42,260 bases of DNA from Thermoplasmata archaeon (GCA_034667685.1 JAXDQU010000101.1:1-42260), one strand, 5' to 3'; counted from the stretch's first letter, positions 27,401 through 36,062 are shown. The notes: generated by a model from the letters alone, not told the origin. A program made the numbers and translations.

Positions 27401-28002
27401 AGGCCGACGTCCCGATCGACGTCCCCGCGCCGGGCGACTACACGCTCTGGCTGCGCATGCCCGCGCAGGGCGCGATGCCGCTCGTCCAGATGGACGGCGC
27501 TCCGCTCGGCGCGCCCGCGTGCTCGTCCGCGTGCGGCCAGCCCGCGGCGTGGTTCGCGCTCGACGTGGGCCGCCTGGAGCCCGGCGCGCACGCGCTCCGC
27601 CTGGCGGGCCCCGCGCAGCTCGACGTCCTCGCGCTCTCCAGCGACCCGGCCTTCGCCGCGCGCGCCGATGCGCCCGTGGGCTGGACACGCGTCTCCGCGA
27701 CCGAGTACCAGGTCCACGCGACCGAGGGCGGACTCCTCGCGCTCGCGCTGCCCTATGACGCGGGCTGGGTCGCGCACGTCGACGGCGCGTCGATCCGGGC
27801 GATTCCGGTGGACGGCGTGGCGAACGGCTTCGTGATCCCGCCAGGCGCGCATGATATCACCATCGTCTACGAGCCGCAGACGTGGGCCCAGGCGGGCCTG
27901 CTCGTCTCGCTCGCCGCGGCCTTCGCGTGCCTCGCGCTCGCGGGGGCCGCCTTCGTCCTGCGCCGCCGCGCCGACGCAGCCCTCCAGGAGGTCTCGCCAT
28001 AG
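24478..28002 (+). CDS. Large multi-TM GT-C-like protein (YfhO/AftD-like) with big extracellular region and C-terminal TM
   Basis: About 12 N-terminal TMs with LYMLNPW and FRDPYRW; C-terminal YDAGW.A...VDGVANGF...I.YEPQ. Confidence 0.75.
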   Translation: MSLARRSLPYALLMGAALAAAWPILRLKGMPYDVDISGFFPLSPEAYQGRFWPLWNERGGMSAAQFLPALAFEAPLLLLGSVFGWSMEIHLKVRIVLGFAIAGCAMYALAKHYLARRAPQAPAVAVTIACFAAALLYMLNPWSVHRIFHYFLWIGYAMAPLVVLAFERLADAPSWRRALALAGVTALATTDPHNPFLLAILVAPLALVRFAPLLWRDRPAALRLLRGLGLAAGAYLAFAAYWILPYAYNALHNPGFGPTYVMSQEMLDTLSRHGSFLEALRFLNNYLPRGDLWPQGGAAFEAWAVASFLVPILAGLALLVDRSRVAWTYALLAAAMVFLGMGTHGPFPGAYRWLIFGAPWGEGLSWLFRDPYRWGGIQALAYSVLLSLSLGALGAALTRLKVPAAAPAIGLAAVLVFSGPALASYTTGPFAPIQVPHEYAQANAALAAAPADASVVWMPRMLGTTTWSGDRTMEYFDATSSARPALGPFRPDTSAYFDFLGDAIKDGAQVAPLLARAGADRIVYHNDVDTVGGARAIAQIDAEGLNQTARFGDSPTLVLDASGSAPAFTPAARFALYGERNLTQAFTPRATRFAQLSLRLAVVGAPGPLRVSIADANGTSVFVANASVAPKARSLDVPLRGLALDPGAVYALRLDAGGDATDRYDVSYYTVDTYADGALSGTQGDLAFDLFADTRGFAVELVTPTAAPRARLAATPLASPSDLQLLRAVETLPAEGALRDAPIAFVDADRAARDAFARQDAPWGWIGAFDEGNVSPLVPFLPPSAFVTAFDSTSNADTKDGWARGTQDFSYYGLGWQNVVGAAGDESWGSDGGDGLVYATTPANLTIHVKPLDAPGVLLARVYVSPDGGPLTFHAGENSLALDTAAPRARLVWVEVGRVAAGATSLQLQDLHGLQGVDALALVDDATFAAAGRASAERMANAPTTLVAQAETIPALANQTVALVGVGRVSTLAGEADVPIDVPAPGDYTLWLRMPAQGAMPLVQMDGAPLGAPACSSACGQPAAWFALDVGRLEPGAHALRLAGPAQLDVLALSSDPAFAARADAPVGWTRVSATEYQVHATEGGLLALALPYDAGWVAHVDGASIRAIPVDGVANGFVIPPGAHDITIVYEPQTWAQAGLLVSLAAAFACLALAGAAFVLRRRADAALQEVSP

Positions 28003-29489
28003 CATCCCTCGCCCGCGCCACCACCATCAGCGCCGCCGCCTTCGTCGTCGCCGCGATCTTCGACTACGGCTTCGTGGCCGCGATGTCGTGGATGCTCTCG
28101 CCCGCCGACTACGGCACGCTTGGCGTGGCCACGACGTACTTCCTGCTCCTCTCGTTCTTCGTCGCGAGCGGCTTCCCGATGAGCATCGCGAAGTTCCTCG
28201 CCGAGGGGCAGGCGCCGCCCAAGGGGCTCGTGCGCTTCGCGATGCTGGGCAACCTGCTCGTGGCGGCGGTCGTCGTCTCGCTCTTCCTGGGCCTCACGTT
28301 CTACGGCCCGCTCTCGCCCGGCCCGGGCTACGGGCGCGTCGTGGTCGCGGTCGGGCTCGCCGTCATGCTCCTCGCCGCGGGCAGCACGCTCCAGTTCGCG
28401 CTGCAGGGGCGCATGCGCTTCCAATCGTTCGCATGGCTCCACGCCTCGAAGTCGATCAACAAGCTGCTCGTGGGCGCGGCGCTCGTGCTCCTGGGCTTCG
28501 GCGTCTGGGGCGCGGTGGGCGGCCTCGTCTTCGGCGGCGCGTTCCTGATCGCGGGCTCCCTCTGGGCGCTGCGGCGCGCCGGCCACGACCCGCGCGAGGA
28601 AGGCGAGCTCGACGTCGCGACCCGCCGACGCTTCCTCCGCTACACCGCCGCGGTCTTCGCGGGCAGCTTCGCCCTGACGCTGCTCATGAGCCTCGACCTG
28701 CTCGCGGTCAAGTACCTCACGCCGCGCGACACTTCCGACCTCGCCGCGGCGAGCTATCAGGCCGCGACGATCCTGACCAAGGCGCCGCTCTGGGCCGTCC
28801 TCGCCGCGATGAGCGTGCTCTTCCCGCTCCTCTCGCGCGCCGCGCAACGCGACCCCCGCGAGGCCACGGGCCTCGTCCGCCGCAGCCTGCGCTGGACGCT
28901 CCTGGCGTTGGCGCCCGTCTCGCTCCTGCTCTTCCTCTTCCCCGACCGCGCGCTGGCGCTCGTCTTCCCCGCGCACTACCAGAGCGCCGCGGCGACGCTC
29001 GCGGCCAGCGCGCCGGGCATGGCGGCGCTGGCGCTCTGCCTCGTGCTCACCCGCGCGCTGCAAGCCACCAACCGCGCCCGCGCGCCGGGCGCCTACCTCG
29101 CGGTCTGCGTCGGCATCCAGGTCGCGCTCCTGGCCGCGCTCGTCCCGCGGTTCGGCCCCGTGGGCGCTGCGTGGGCGACGACGATCGCGTGCGCGTTCGG
29201 CGCGGCGCTCGCGCTGCAGGCGTGCGCGCGCCCCTTCCGCCTGCGGCTGCGCGCCCGCGATGCGACCGCGCTCGCCGCGAGCCTCGCGCTCCTCGCCGCC
29301 GCCGTCTGGGCGATGGAGCCGCTCGCGCGGAGCCGCCTGGGCCTCTTGGCCGCGTTCGGCGTCGGGCTCGCGGCCTACGTCGCGGCCATCGTCTCCCTGC
29401 GGCTCGTCACGCGCGCCGAGCTGCACGCGGTGCTGCGGCGCCTGCCGCTCGCGCGCAGGCTGGCCGCTCCGGCGGAGGCCGAGGCATGA
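27999..29489 (+). CDS. Oligosaccharide flippase (Wzx/MOP family); probable ATA start
   Basis: LSPADYG, about 14 TM, LFPLLS, LVPRFGPVGAAWAT; GGAGGT 6 nt before an in-frame ATA that overlaps the upstream TAG. Confidence 0.85.
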   Translation: MASLARATTISAAAFVVAAIFDYGFVAAMSWMLSPADYGTLGVATTYFLLLSFFVASGFPMSIAKFLAEGQAPPKGLVRFAMLGNLLVAAVVVSLFLGLTFYGPLSPGPGYGRVVVAVGLAVMLLAAGSTLQFALQGRMRFQSFAWLHASKSINKLLVGAALVLLGFGVWGAVGGLVFGGAFLIAGSLWALRRAGHDPREEGELDVATRRRFLRYTAAVFAGSFALTLLMSLDLLAVKYLTPRDTSDLAAASYQAATILTKAPLWAVLAAMSVLFPLLSRAAQRDPREATGLVRRSLRWTLLALAPVSLLLFLFPDRALALVFPAHYQSAAATLAASAPGMAALALCLVLTRALQATNRARAPGAYLAVCVGIQVALLAALVPRFGPVGAAWATTIACAFGAALALQACARPFRLRLRARDATALAASLALLAAAVWAMEPLARSRLGLLAAFGVGLAAYVAAIVSLRLVTRAELHAVLRRLPLARRLAAPAEAEA

Positions 29490-31540
29490 AGGGGATCGCT
29501 CCTGCCGTCTACCTGGCGGCAACACTCGTCATCGCGGGCCCGCTCCTGGCGCCGGGCTTCGTCTTCGCGCTCGACCACGGGATGGGCCCGCGCGTCGCGG
29601 ACTTCTACGCGCGCTACGTCACCGGCAACGACGACCCGATCCAGAACAAGGGCGCCTACGCCATCCTCCTCGCGGGGCTCACCGCGCTGGCGCCCGCGTG
29701 GGCCGTCCAGAAGTTGATCCTCTTCGCGCCCTTCTTCCTCGCCGGGTACGGCGCGCACCAGCTCGCCGCGCGGCGCGTCGGCCTCCCCGCCGCGCTCTTC
29801 GCCGGCCTCGTCTACATGCTATCGCCGTTCGCGTACGTCCGCGGGGTCGCGGGCCAGACGGGCGTGCTCTGGGCGTACGCGCTCGCGCCCTGGTTCCTGC
29901 TCGCGTGGCTGCGCGCCCTCGACGGGAGCCGGCGCGCGTTCGCCGCGGCCGCGCTGCTCGCGTTCGCCACGGGCGTCTTCCAGGCGCACGGCCTCGTCCT
30001 GCTGGCGATCCTCGTCGCGATCCTCGCGCTCGCGCGCCTCGTCCGCGATCGGGCGGGCTGGCGCGCGCACCTGGGCCGGCCGGCGCTGCTCGCGGGCGCG
30101 CTCCTGCTGCTCAACGCCGCGTGGATCGTGCCGGTGCTGCTCGCGCCCCACACGACGCTCGACGACATCGGGCCCGCCGACCGCGCCTACTTCCAGACGA
30201 GCGCGTCGGGCATGCCCAGCGTCGGCGTCGCGGCGCTCACGCTCCAGGGATTCTGGCGTCCCGGCTACGAGAGCCCGTTCCCCTCGCTCGCGCTGCTCGT
30301 GGTCCCCGCGGCGCTGCTCCTGCTGAGCGTCCACGGCCTGCGCGCGCGCCGCGACGACGCGTCCGTCTCGCTCGCCATCGCCGGCGTCCTCGGCTTCGCG
30401 CTCGCGGTCGGATCGTCCTCGCCCCTCGGGACCGCGGCGTGGGACCACGTGCCGCTGCTGAAGGGGTTCCGCGACTCGCAGAAATTCCTCGCGCTCCTCG
30501 CGCTCGCCTACGCCGACCTGGGCGCGGCGGGCGCGGACGCGATGCTATCACGCCTGCGCGCGCCCCGCATGCCCCGCGCCGCCCCCGCGCTCGCCGTCGC
30601 GCTGCTGCTCGCCATGCCGCTCGCGACGGCCGCGCCCCTCGCCGGAGGCTATCACGGCCAGCTCGGCGCCGCGCAGTACCCGCCCGAGTGGCAGGCGGCG
30701 GAGGACGCGACGCGCGGGTGCACGGGCTCGATGCTCGCGCTTCCCTGGCACCTCTACCTCGACGTGTCGTGGCTCCCGAACCGCGACAAGCGCGTCACGG
30801 ACCCGGCGAAGCTCTTCTTCTCGTGCCCGCTCGTGGCGAGCGACGACGTTGAGGCGGGCGGGAGCGCGGGCAAGGCGGGCACGCCCCTCGACGCCTTCGC
30901 GGCGTACTGGCTCGACGACATGGGGCTCGCGTCCGGCAACCCGCGTGGCATCCGCACGTTCGGCAACGTCCTCTCCGCCGCGAACGTCGAGTACGTCCTC
31001 GTGCTCAAGGAGGCCGACTGGCGCGCGCAGTCGAAAGCGCTCGCCGACCAGCGCGACCTCTCCCTGGTCTTGGATAACGCGCGGGTGCAGGTCTGGCGCA
31101 ACCTGGCCGCCGGGCCCGCCCTGCGCGCGGTGGACGCGGCCGTACCCGTGCGGGATTGGAGCGACCTCCTTCCGCTCTCGGAGCAGCGTCCGCTGGCCAA
31201 CGTCGCGTTCGTGCCGCCCGGCACGCCGACGGACGCGCGCGGCCTCGTCCTCTTCACGCCGCCCGCGACCCGCAGGGCGACGGGGTGGACGATGGACGGC
31301 GCGGGCCCGCGCGTGGTCTCGCTCGGCATTTCGCCCGTCTTCGCGGCTTCCGCCGACGCGGCGCCTTCGCGCGCGGGGCCGGTGCGCGAGGCCACGGCGC
31401 TCTGGATCGTCGCGCTGGTTTCGCTCGTGGGAATCGCGCTGCTGGCCGCGCTTCCGCGGGTCGAGGAAAGTTCATGGTTGGATCGCCACGAGCCACGGTG
31501 GAGGTTCGACCGATGGCTCGCCAAGCTCGGCCCAAAGTGA
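29486..31540 (+). CDS. Second multi-TM GT-C-like membrane protein
   Basis: YMLSPF and FRDSQKF motifs paralogous to 24478-28002; ATGA overlap. Confidence 0.75.
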   Translation: MKGIAPAVYLAATLVIAGPLLAPGFVFALDHGMGPRVADFYARYVTGNDDPIQNKGAYAILLAGLTALAPAWAVQKLILFAPFFLAGYGAHQLAARRVGLPAALFAGLVYMLSPFAYVRGVAGQTGVLWAYALAPWFLLAWLRALDGSRRAFAAAALLAFATGVFQAHGLVLLAILVAILALARLVRDRAGWRAHLGRPALLAGALLLLNAAWIVPVLLAPHTTLDDIGPADRAYFQTSASGMPSVGVAALTLQGFWRPGYESPFPSLALLVVPAALLLLSVHGLRARRDDASVSLAIAGVLGFALAVGSSSPLGTAAWDHVPLLKGFRDSQKFLALLALAYADLGAAGADAMLSRLRAPRMPRAAPALAVALLLAMPLATAAPLAGGYHGQLGAAQYPPEWQAAEDATRGCTGSMLALPWHLYLDVSWLPNRDKRVTDPAKLFFSCPLVASDDVEAGGSAGKAGTPLDAFAAYWLDDMGLASGNPRGIRTFGNVLSAANVEYVLVLKEADWRAQSKALADQRDLSLVLDNARVQVWRNLAAGPALRAVDAAVPVRDWSDLLPLSEQRPLANVAFVPPGTPTDARGLVLFTPPATRRATGWTMDGAGPRVVSLGISPVFAASADAAPSRAGPVREATALWIVALVSLVGIALLAALPRVEESSWLDRHEPRWRFDRWLAKLGPK

Positions 31541-31707
31541 AGATCGGCATCTCGCTCGACGCCGACCTCTACGCGTGGCTCCAGCAGCACACGGGCGTGG
31601 GCAACGAGTTCGCGTCGATCTCGCACGCCATCGAGCGCAGCGTCGCGCGATATCAGGCCGAGGCGAAGCGGCGCGGCGCGGAGAGCCCCGAGCCCGGCAT
31701 GCGCTGA
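31513..31707 (+). CDS. Ribbon-helix-helix (CopG/Arc-like) DNA-binding protein
   Basis: KVKIGISLD.DLY.WL...FASISHAIE; GGAGGT SD. Confidence 0.75.
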   Translation: MARQARPKVKIGISLDADLYAWLQQHTGVGNEFASISHAIERSVARYQAEAKRRGAESPEPGMR

Positions 31708-31755
31708 CGGTCTCGGCAAGGAAGCTATGCCATGCGCCGGCCGTCGCGGCGGCCG

Positions 31756-32136
31756 ATGCGCGCGACGCTCTTCGCCCTCGCCCTCCTGACCGCCTTCTCC
31801 GTCGTCCCCGCGCCGGCCTCCGCCCTCAGCTCATGCTCGGGGACGTGGACCGGCGGCGCGCAGTGCTCCTTCGTCTGCAACGACCTCAACGTCTACGTGC
31901 AGGGGAGCGCCAGCAACCTCGGCGCGCTCTCGAACCTCACGGTGACCGCGGACTGCGGCGTGGCCACGGGCGGCGTCTACACCGTCCTGTTCAGCGTCAC
32001 GTGCAGCGCGACCGGCCCGGGCACCGCGACGTGCTCCAACAGCGGGCCCAACGTCTCCTACCCGTTGCCCCTCGCCGGCCGCTGCACCGTCAGCGGGAGC
32101 GCCACTGGCAGCTACTCTTGTTGGTCCGCGCCCTGA
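31756..32136 (+). CDS. Secreted Cys-rich protein (8 Cys, Ser/Thr/Gly-rich)
   Basis: MRATLFALALLTAFSVVPAPASA signal peptide. Confidence 0.75.
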   Translation: MRATLFALALLTAFSVVPAPASALSSCSGTWTGGAQCSFVCNDLNVYVQGSASNLGALSNLTVTADCGVATGGVYTVLFSVTCSATGPGTATCSNSGPNVSYPLPLAGRCTVSGSATGSYSCWSAP

Positions 32137-32963
32137 GGCGAGAGCCGGACGACGCCATACCAGTACGCGGTCGCGAGCTTGCGCGGGTCGTCGTGCAGCC
32201 AGCGGGCGAAGAGCCGCACGTAGAGCGGCGCGCGCCGCGTGCGCACGGCCTCGCGCATCGCGTCCCGGACCTCCGCGACGCGCCACCCCTCGCGCTCGAA
32301 CCACGCCACGCCATCGTCGGGCGCGAACCGCAGCGGCGCGTTCTCCAGCGCGGCCGAGCGCGACGTGTAGCGCGCGATCTGGGGCGAGAGCAGGTCGAAG
32401 GCCCACGATCCGACGCCGGTCCGCGCGCGCAACGCGGCCGAGAGCCCGCGCACGTCCTCCTCGCGCAGGTACACCAGCAGCCCCTCGGTGACGACGAGCG
32501 CGTCGCGGGCGCCCGCGAGCGCGCGGTCGAGGAACGCATCGCGCGCTGCCGGGTCGGCCAGGTCCACGCGCTCGCGGGCGAGGTCGCAGCGGGGGCGCTC
32601 TCCCGCGAGCGCGGCCTCCTTCTCGTCGAGAAGCTCGGGCAGGTCCGCCTCGATCCAGCGCAGCGTGGGCGGCAGCGGCAGCCGGTAGGGGCGCGCGTCG
32701 AACCCCGCCGCGAGGTTGAGCACGCGGTCCGCCCCGCGCGCCACCGCGGCGAGGACCATCTCGTCGAGCAGCACCGTGCGCACGGTGATGGAGGCGCGCG
32801 CGGGCCCCGACATGCGCTTCGCGATGGCCCGGCCGCGCTCGTCGGCGAAGCGCGCGGCGAACGGATCGTGGAAGAGCGCGTCGGGGCGCGCCGACTCCTG
32901 CGCGCGATAGGCCGCGATCCAGCGCGCGGTGTCGCTGACGTGGCGCACGAGGGGCTCGGTCAT
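32112..32963 (-). CDS. SAM-dependent methyltransferase (LCM / Rv0726c-like)
   Basis: VSDTA...A.YRA.ES.RPDALF.DPFA, RT..LD, LAAGFDARPYRL, EADLP, TEGLLVYL. Confidence 0.9.
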   Translation of the reverse strand: MTEPLVRHVSDTARWIAAYRAQESARPDALFHDPFAARFADERGRAIAKRMSGPARASITVRTVLLDEMVLAAVARGADRVLNLAAGFDARPYRLPLPPTLRWIEADLPELLDEKEAALAGERPRCDLARERVDLADPAARDAFLDRALAGARDALVVTEGLLVYLREEDVRGLSAALRARTGVGSWAFDLLSPQIARYTSRSAALENAPLRFAPDDGVAWFEREGWRVAEVRDAMREAVRTRRAPLYVRLFARWLHDDPRKLATAYWYGVVRLSPQGADQQE

Positions 32964-32969
32964 GATCTC

Positions 32970-33944
32970 CTAATCCGCTTCCGTGTCTGCGTCGTCAGCA
33001 ACGGTAGCCATGATTGCTTGCGTTATGCGGTCGACAGAAGGACGGCCCACTCTCGATAGGTCTTCTTCTGCGAGCCTCATTATTTCAGGGCGAAGCACTT
33101 CCCAGTCGAGTGTTTCAAGCCTTCTTGTCGCACGAACCAGGAGTGACGTGAACCAACCTACTATGAGGGGGTGCTCTCCCTGGACCGGGGCCGTCTTATG
33201 ATAGGCGCGGTAGAACCGGATCGTGTTCGAAATCTTCTCCCGCGCTTCCCAACTCAGGTGCTCGTCGAAGCCCATTAGGTCCATCAGGCCCTCCGCATTG
33301 AACTCACGCGGAAATGCTTCGGGCCATCCCAAGACCAAGCGCTTGACTAGTCGCCCATCCTTCAATGGAACATCGGCCTCGACTATTATGCCGCTTCTTG
33401 ATAGGAAGTGTCTCGTAGCTATTCCGAGTTGGCCGTCGTCCAGACGCCCTTCGTCAACAATGACCCCCGCCCATTGCTGTACAACTTCGAGATCGTGCGC
33501 TCGCACAATCGCCTCACCAATGTAGAGCGATCGATCTGAAGAAACGTGCAGTTCTCCGCGAGTGATTGCGCCGCGGAGCGGAATCCCAACAGCCATGCAA
33601 ATCGACATCAGGTCGAAGGTAGAAACCAGAACACCCAAGAAAGCACGCCGCGTATCCTCTAGGTTGTATAGCAGAATCGTGTCGGAGAATCGAAGGTGCT
33701 TGCACGCCATCCAGTCGGGCGCAACATGGCCCGGCCCGGGCTCGCGCTGCCGAGCCAACGCGGATCTGTACTCACCGGTCCTCAGAGCCCGTAACACTTC
33801 CTCATGCGACAGGCGATCGGACCGCGTGGAGTTGTCGATGATGAAGTCCAACTGAGAGCCGATCTCGTCAATCGCGACGTCCAATGAGACATTCTTGATG
33901 TAGTTACGGAATCCGAGCATGTCGAGCATGGCGACTATTGGCAT
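32970..33944 (-). CDS. Class III nucleotidyl-cyclase-fold-like protein, low GC
   Basis: VAMLDMLGF, FSDTI, LRGAITRG, G.AIVRAH.LE; atypical codon usage. Confidence 0.6.
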   Translation of the reverse strand: MPIVAMLDMLGFRNYIKNVSLDVAIDEIGSQLDFIIDNSTRSDRLSHEEVLRALRTGEYRSALARQREPGPGHVAPDWMACKHLRFSDTILLYNLEDTRRAFLGVLVSTFDLMSICMAVGIPLRGAITRGELHVSSDRSLYIGEAIVRAHDLEVVQQWAGVIVDEGRLDDGQLGIATRHFLSRSGIIVEADVPLKDGRLVKRLVLGWPEAFPREFNAEGLMDLMGFDEHLSWEAREKISNTIRFYRAYHKTAPVQGEHPLIVGWFTSLLVRATRRLETLDWEVLRPEIMRLAEEDLSRVGRPSVDRITQAIMATVADDADTEAD

Positions 33945-33947
33945 GTG

Positions 33948-35630
33948 CTACCCCAATCCCGGCATGTCGAGCCCCCGCTCGCGGGCGACGCGCTTCGCGC
34001 TCTCGTAGCCGGCGTCCGCGTGGCGCACGACACCCATGCCCGGGTCGGTGAGGAACGCGGCGCGCGCCTTCTCCTCGGCGAGCTTGGTGCCGTCGAGCAC
34101 GACGTGCATGTTCGCGTGGAGCGAGAGGCCCATGCCGACGCCGCCGCCGTGGTGGAAGGAAACGATATCCGCGCCCGCGGCGACGTTGACGAGCGCGTTG
34201 AGGATCGGCCAGTCGGCGACCGCGTCGCTGCCGTCCTGCATCGCCTCCGTCTCGCGGTAGGGCGAGGCCACGCTCCCAGCGTCGAGGTGGTCGCGCGTGA
34301 TGACGATGGGCGCGGAGAGCTCGCCGGAGCGGACCATCTCATTGAATCGGAGCGCCGCGCGGTCGCGCTCGCCGTAGCCCAGCCAGCAGACGCGCGCAGG
34401 GAGACCCTGGAACGCGACGTCGCGCTGCGCGAGCTTGATCCAGCGCGCCAGGCTCGCGTCCTTCGGGAACAGGTCGAGCAGCGCGGCGTCCGTCCGATAG
34501 ACGTCGTCCTTGTCGCCGGAGAGCGCGACCCAACGGAACGGCCCGCGCCCCTCGCAGAACTGCGGGCGGATGTAGAGCGGGACGAAGCCGCCCACCGCGA
34601 AGGCCTCGGAGACGCCCGCCTTCACGGCCTGCCCGCGCAGGTTGTTCCCGTAGTCGAACGCGACCGCGCCGCGGCGCTTCATCTCCAGGATCGCGCTCAT
34701 GTGCTTGCCCATGCTGCGGATCGCCTCGACGGCGTATTGCCTGGGGTCGGAGGCGCGCAGCGCGAGCGCGGCCTTGAAGCTCATGCCGCCGGGCACGTAG
34801 CCGTTGTACTCGTCGTGCGCGCTGGTCTGGTCGGTGACGACGTCGGGCGTCCAGCCGCGCCGCTCGAGGTCGGGCAGCACGTCGCTCGCGTTGCCTTCGA
34901 GCGCGACGGAGAGCGGGCGCCCTTCCTTCTTCGCGGCGGCGACGCGGGCCAGCGCGTCCTCCAGGTCGCGCGCCTTCTCCATGAGGTAGCGCGTCTCGAG
35001 GCGCTTCTGGATGCGGCTCGGATCGACCTCGACCGCGAGGCAGACGCCCTCGTTCATCGTGACCGCGAGCGGCTGCGCGCCGCCCATCCCTCCGAGCCCG
35101 CCCGTCAGCACCAGGCGGGACCGCAAGCTCCCGCCGAAGTGCTGGCGGGCGAGCTCGGCGAACGTCTCGTACGTGCCCTGCACGATGCCCTGCGAGCCGA
35201 TGTACGCCCACGAGCCCGCGGTCATCTGCCCGTACATCATGAGCCCGTCCGCTTCGAGGCGGCGGAACTCCTCCCACGTGGCCCACTTGGGCACGAGGTT
35301 GCTGTTGGCGATGAGCACGCGCGGGGCCCGCTCGTGCGTCCTGAACACGGCGACGGCGCGGCCGCTCTGCACCAGCATCGTCTCGTCGTCGCGGAGCCGC
35401 CTCAGCGTCTCCATGATGATATCATAGTCCTTCCACGTCCGCGCCGCGCGGCCGATGCCGCCGTAGACGACGAGATCCTCGGGCCTCTCGGCCACGGCGG
35501 GATCGAGGTTGTTGTTGAGCAGGCGCAGCGCGGCCTCCTGGCGCCACCCCAGGCAACGGAGCTTGCGCCCCGTGGGCGCGGCCCGGCCGAGCTCGTCCGT
35601 CCAGACCTCACTTGGCTTTCCCACGTCCAC
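33948..35630 (-). CDS. hutU: Urocanate hydratase
   Basis: [73 protein letters not shown]. Confidence 0.97.
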   Translation of the reverse strand: MDVGKPSEVWTDELGRAAPTGRKLRCLGWRQEAALRLLNNNLDPAVAERPEDLVVYGGIGRAARTWKDYDIIMETLRRLRDDETMLVQSGRAVAVFRTHERAPRVLIANSNLVPKWATWEEFRRLEADGLMMYGQMTAGSWAYIGSQGIVQGTYETFAELARQHFGGSLRSRLVLTGGLGGMGGAQPLAVTMNEGVCLAVEVDPSRIQKRLETRYLMEKARDLEDALARVAAAKKEGRPLSVALEGNASDVLPDLERRGWTPDVVTDQTSAHDEYNGYVPGGMSFKAALALRASDPRQYAVEAIRSMGKHMSAILEMKRRGAVAFDYGNNLRGQAVKAGVSEAFAVGGFVPLYIRPQFCEGRGPFRWVALSGDKDDVYRTDAALLDLFPKDASLARWIKLAQRDVAFQGLPARVCWLGYGERDRAALRFNEMVRSGELSAPIVITRDHLDAGSVASPYRETEAMQDGSDAVADWPILNALVNVAAGADIVSFHHGGGVGMGLSLHANMHVVLDGTKLAEEKARAAFLTDPGMGVVRHADAGYESAKRVARERGLDMPGLG

Positions 35631-35931
35631 GGGGGAACACCTCGAGGTCGAGGATGTCGGAGCGCATGATGATCGTCACGTCGTCGTACTGCACCTTGCC
35701 CTTCTCGCCGTCGGTGCTGCGCTCCTTGGCGAGCGTGACGTACTTCTCCGTCTCGGTCAGGAGGAAGCCCGTCTCCTCGACGACGAAGGGCTTCGCCACC
35801 TCGATCTTCTTGAGCTCCTTCGCCTCGAGCCAGCAGTGGTCGTGGTACTTCACGTAGACGATGGGGAACTCAGGCTGGGGCTCCGACTTCGCGCGCGACG
35901 ACTTGCGAGCGGGGCGCTTGGGGGCGGGCAC
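35608..35931 (-). CDS. Small beta-barrel (Sm/SH3-like) hypothetical protein
   Basis: IVYVKYHD...ETGFLL.E.E.YVTLA...IIMRSDI pattern; strong codon bias; overlaps the hutU start. Confidence 0.65.
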   Translation of the reverse strand: MPAPKRPARKSSRAKSEPQPEFPIVYVKYHDHCWLEAKELKKIEVAKPFVVEETGFLLTETEKYVTLAKERSTDGEKGKVQYDDVTIIMRSDILDLEVFPRGRGKAK

Positions 35932-35965
35932 GCGCCCGCCAACGAGGGGGCGGGGGAAGAGGGTT

Positions 35966-36062
35966 CTGACGAAGGGAAGACAGGAAGCAAGGGAAGACGG
36001 GAAGACGGACCCCTTCTTCCCCTCTTCCCGTCTTCCCTCGCTTCCCGTCTTCCCTTCGTCAG
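35966..36062. repeat. GGGAAGAC-repeat hairpin
   Basis: 40-nt arms at 35966-36005/36023-36062 with 2 mismatches. Confidence 0.9.

Noticed and set aside
27882-28085. Flippase as a 5'-truncated pseudogene, or starting at 27882
   Set aside because: Frame is intact through TM1; 27882 would overlap the upstream gene by about 120 nt with non-flippase-like sequence; SD plus ATA overlap explains it better.
32964-33950. Target-site duplication or IS ends around the low-GC gene
   Set aside because: No convincing direct or inverted repeats at either junction.
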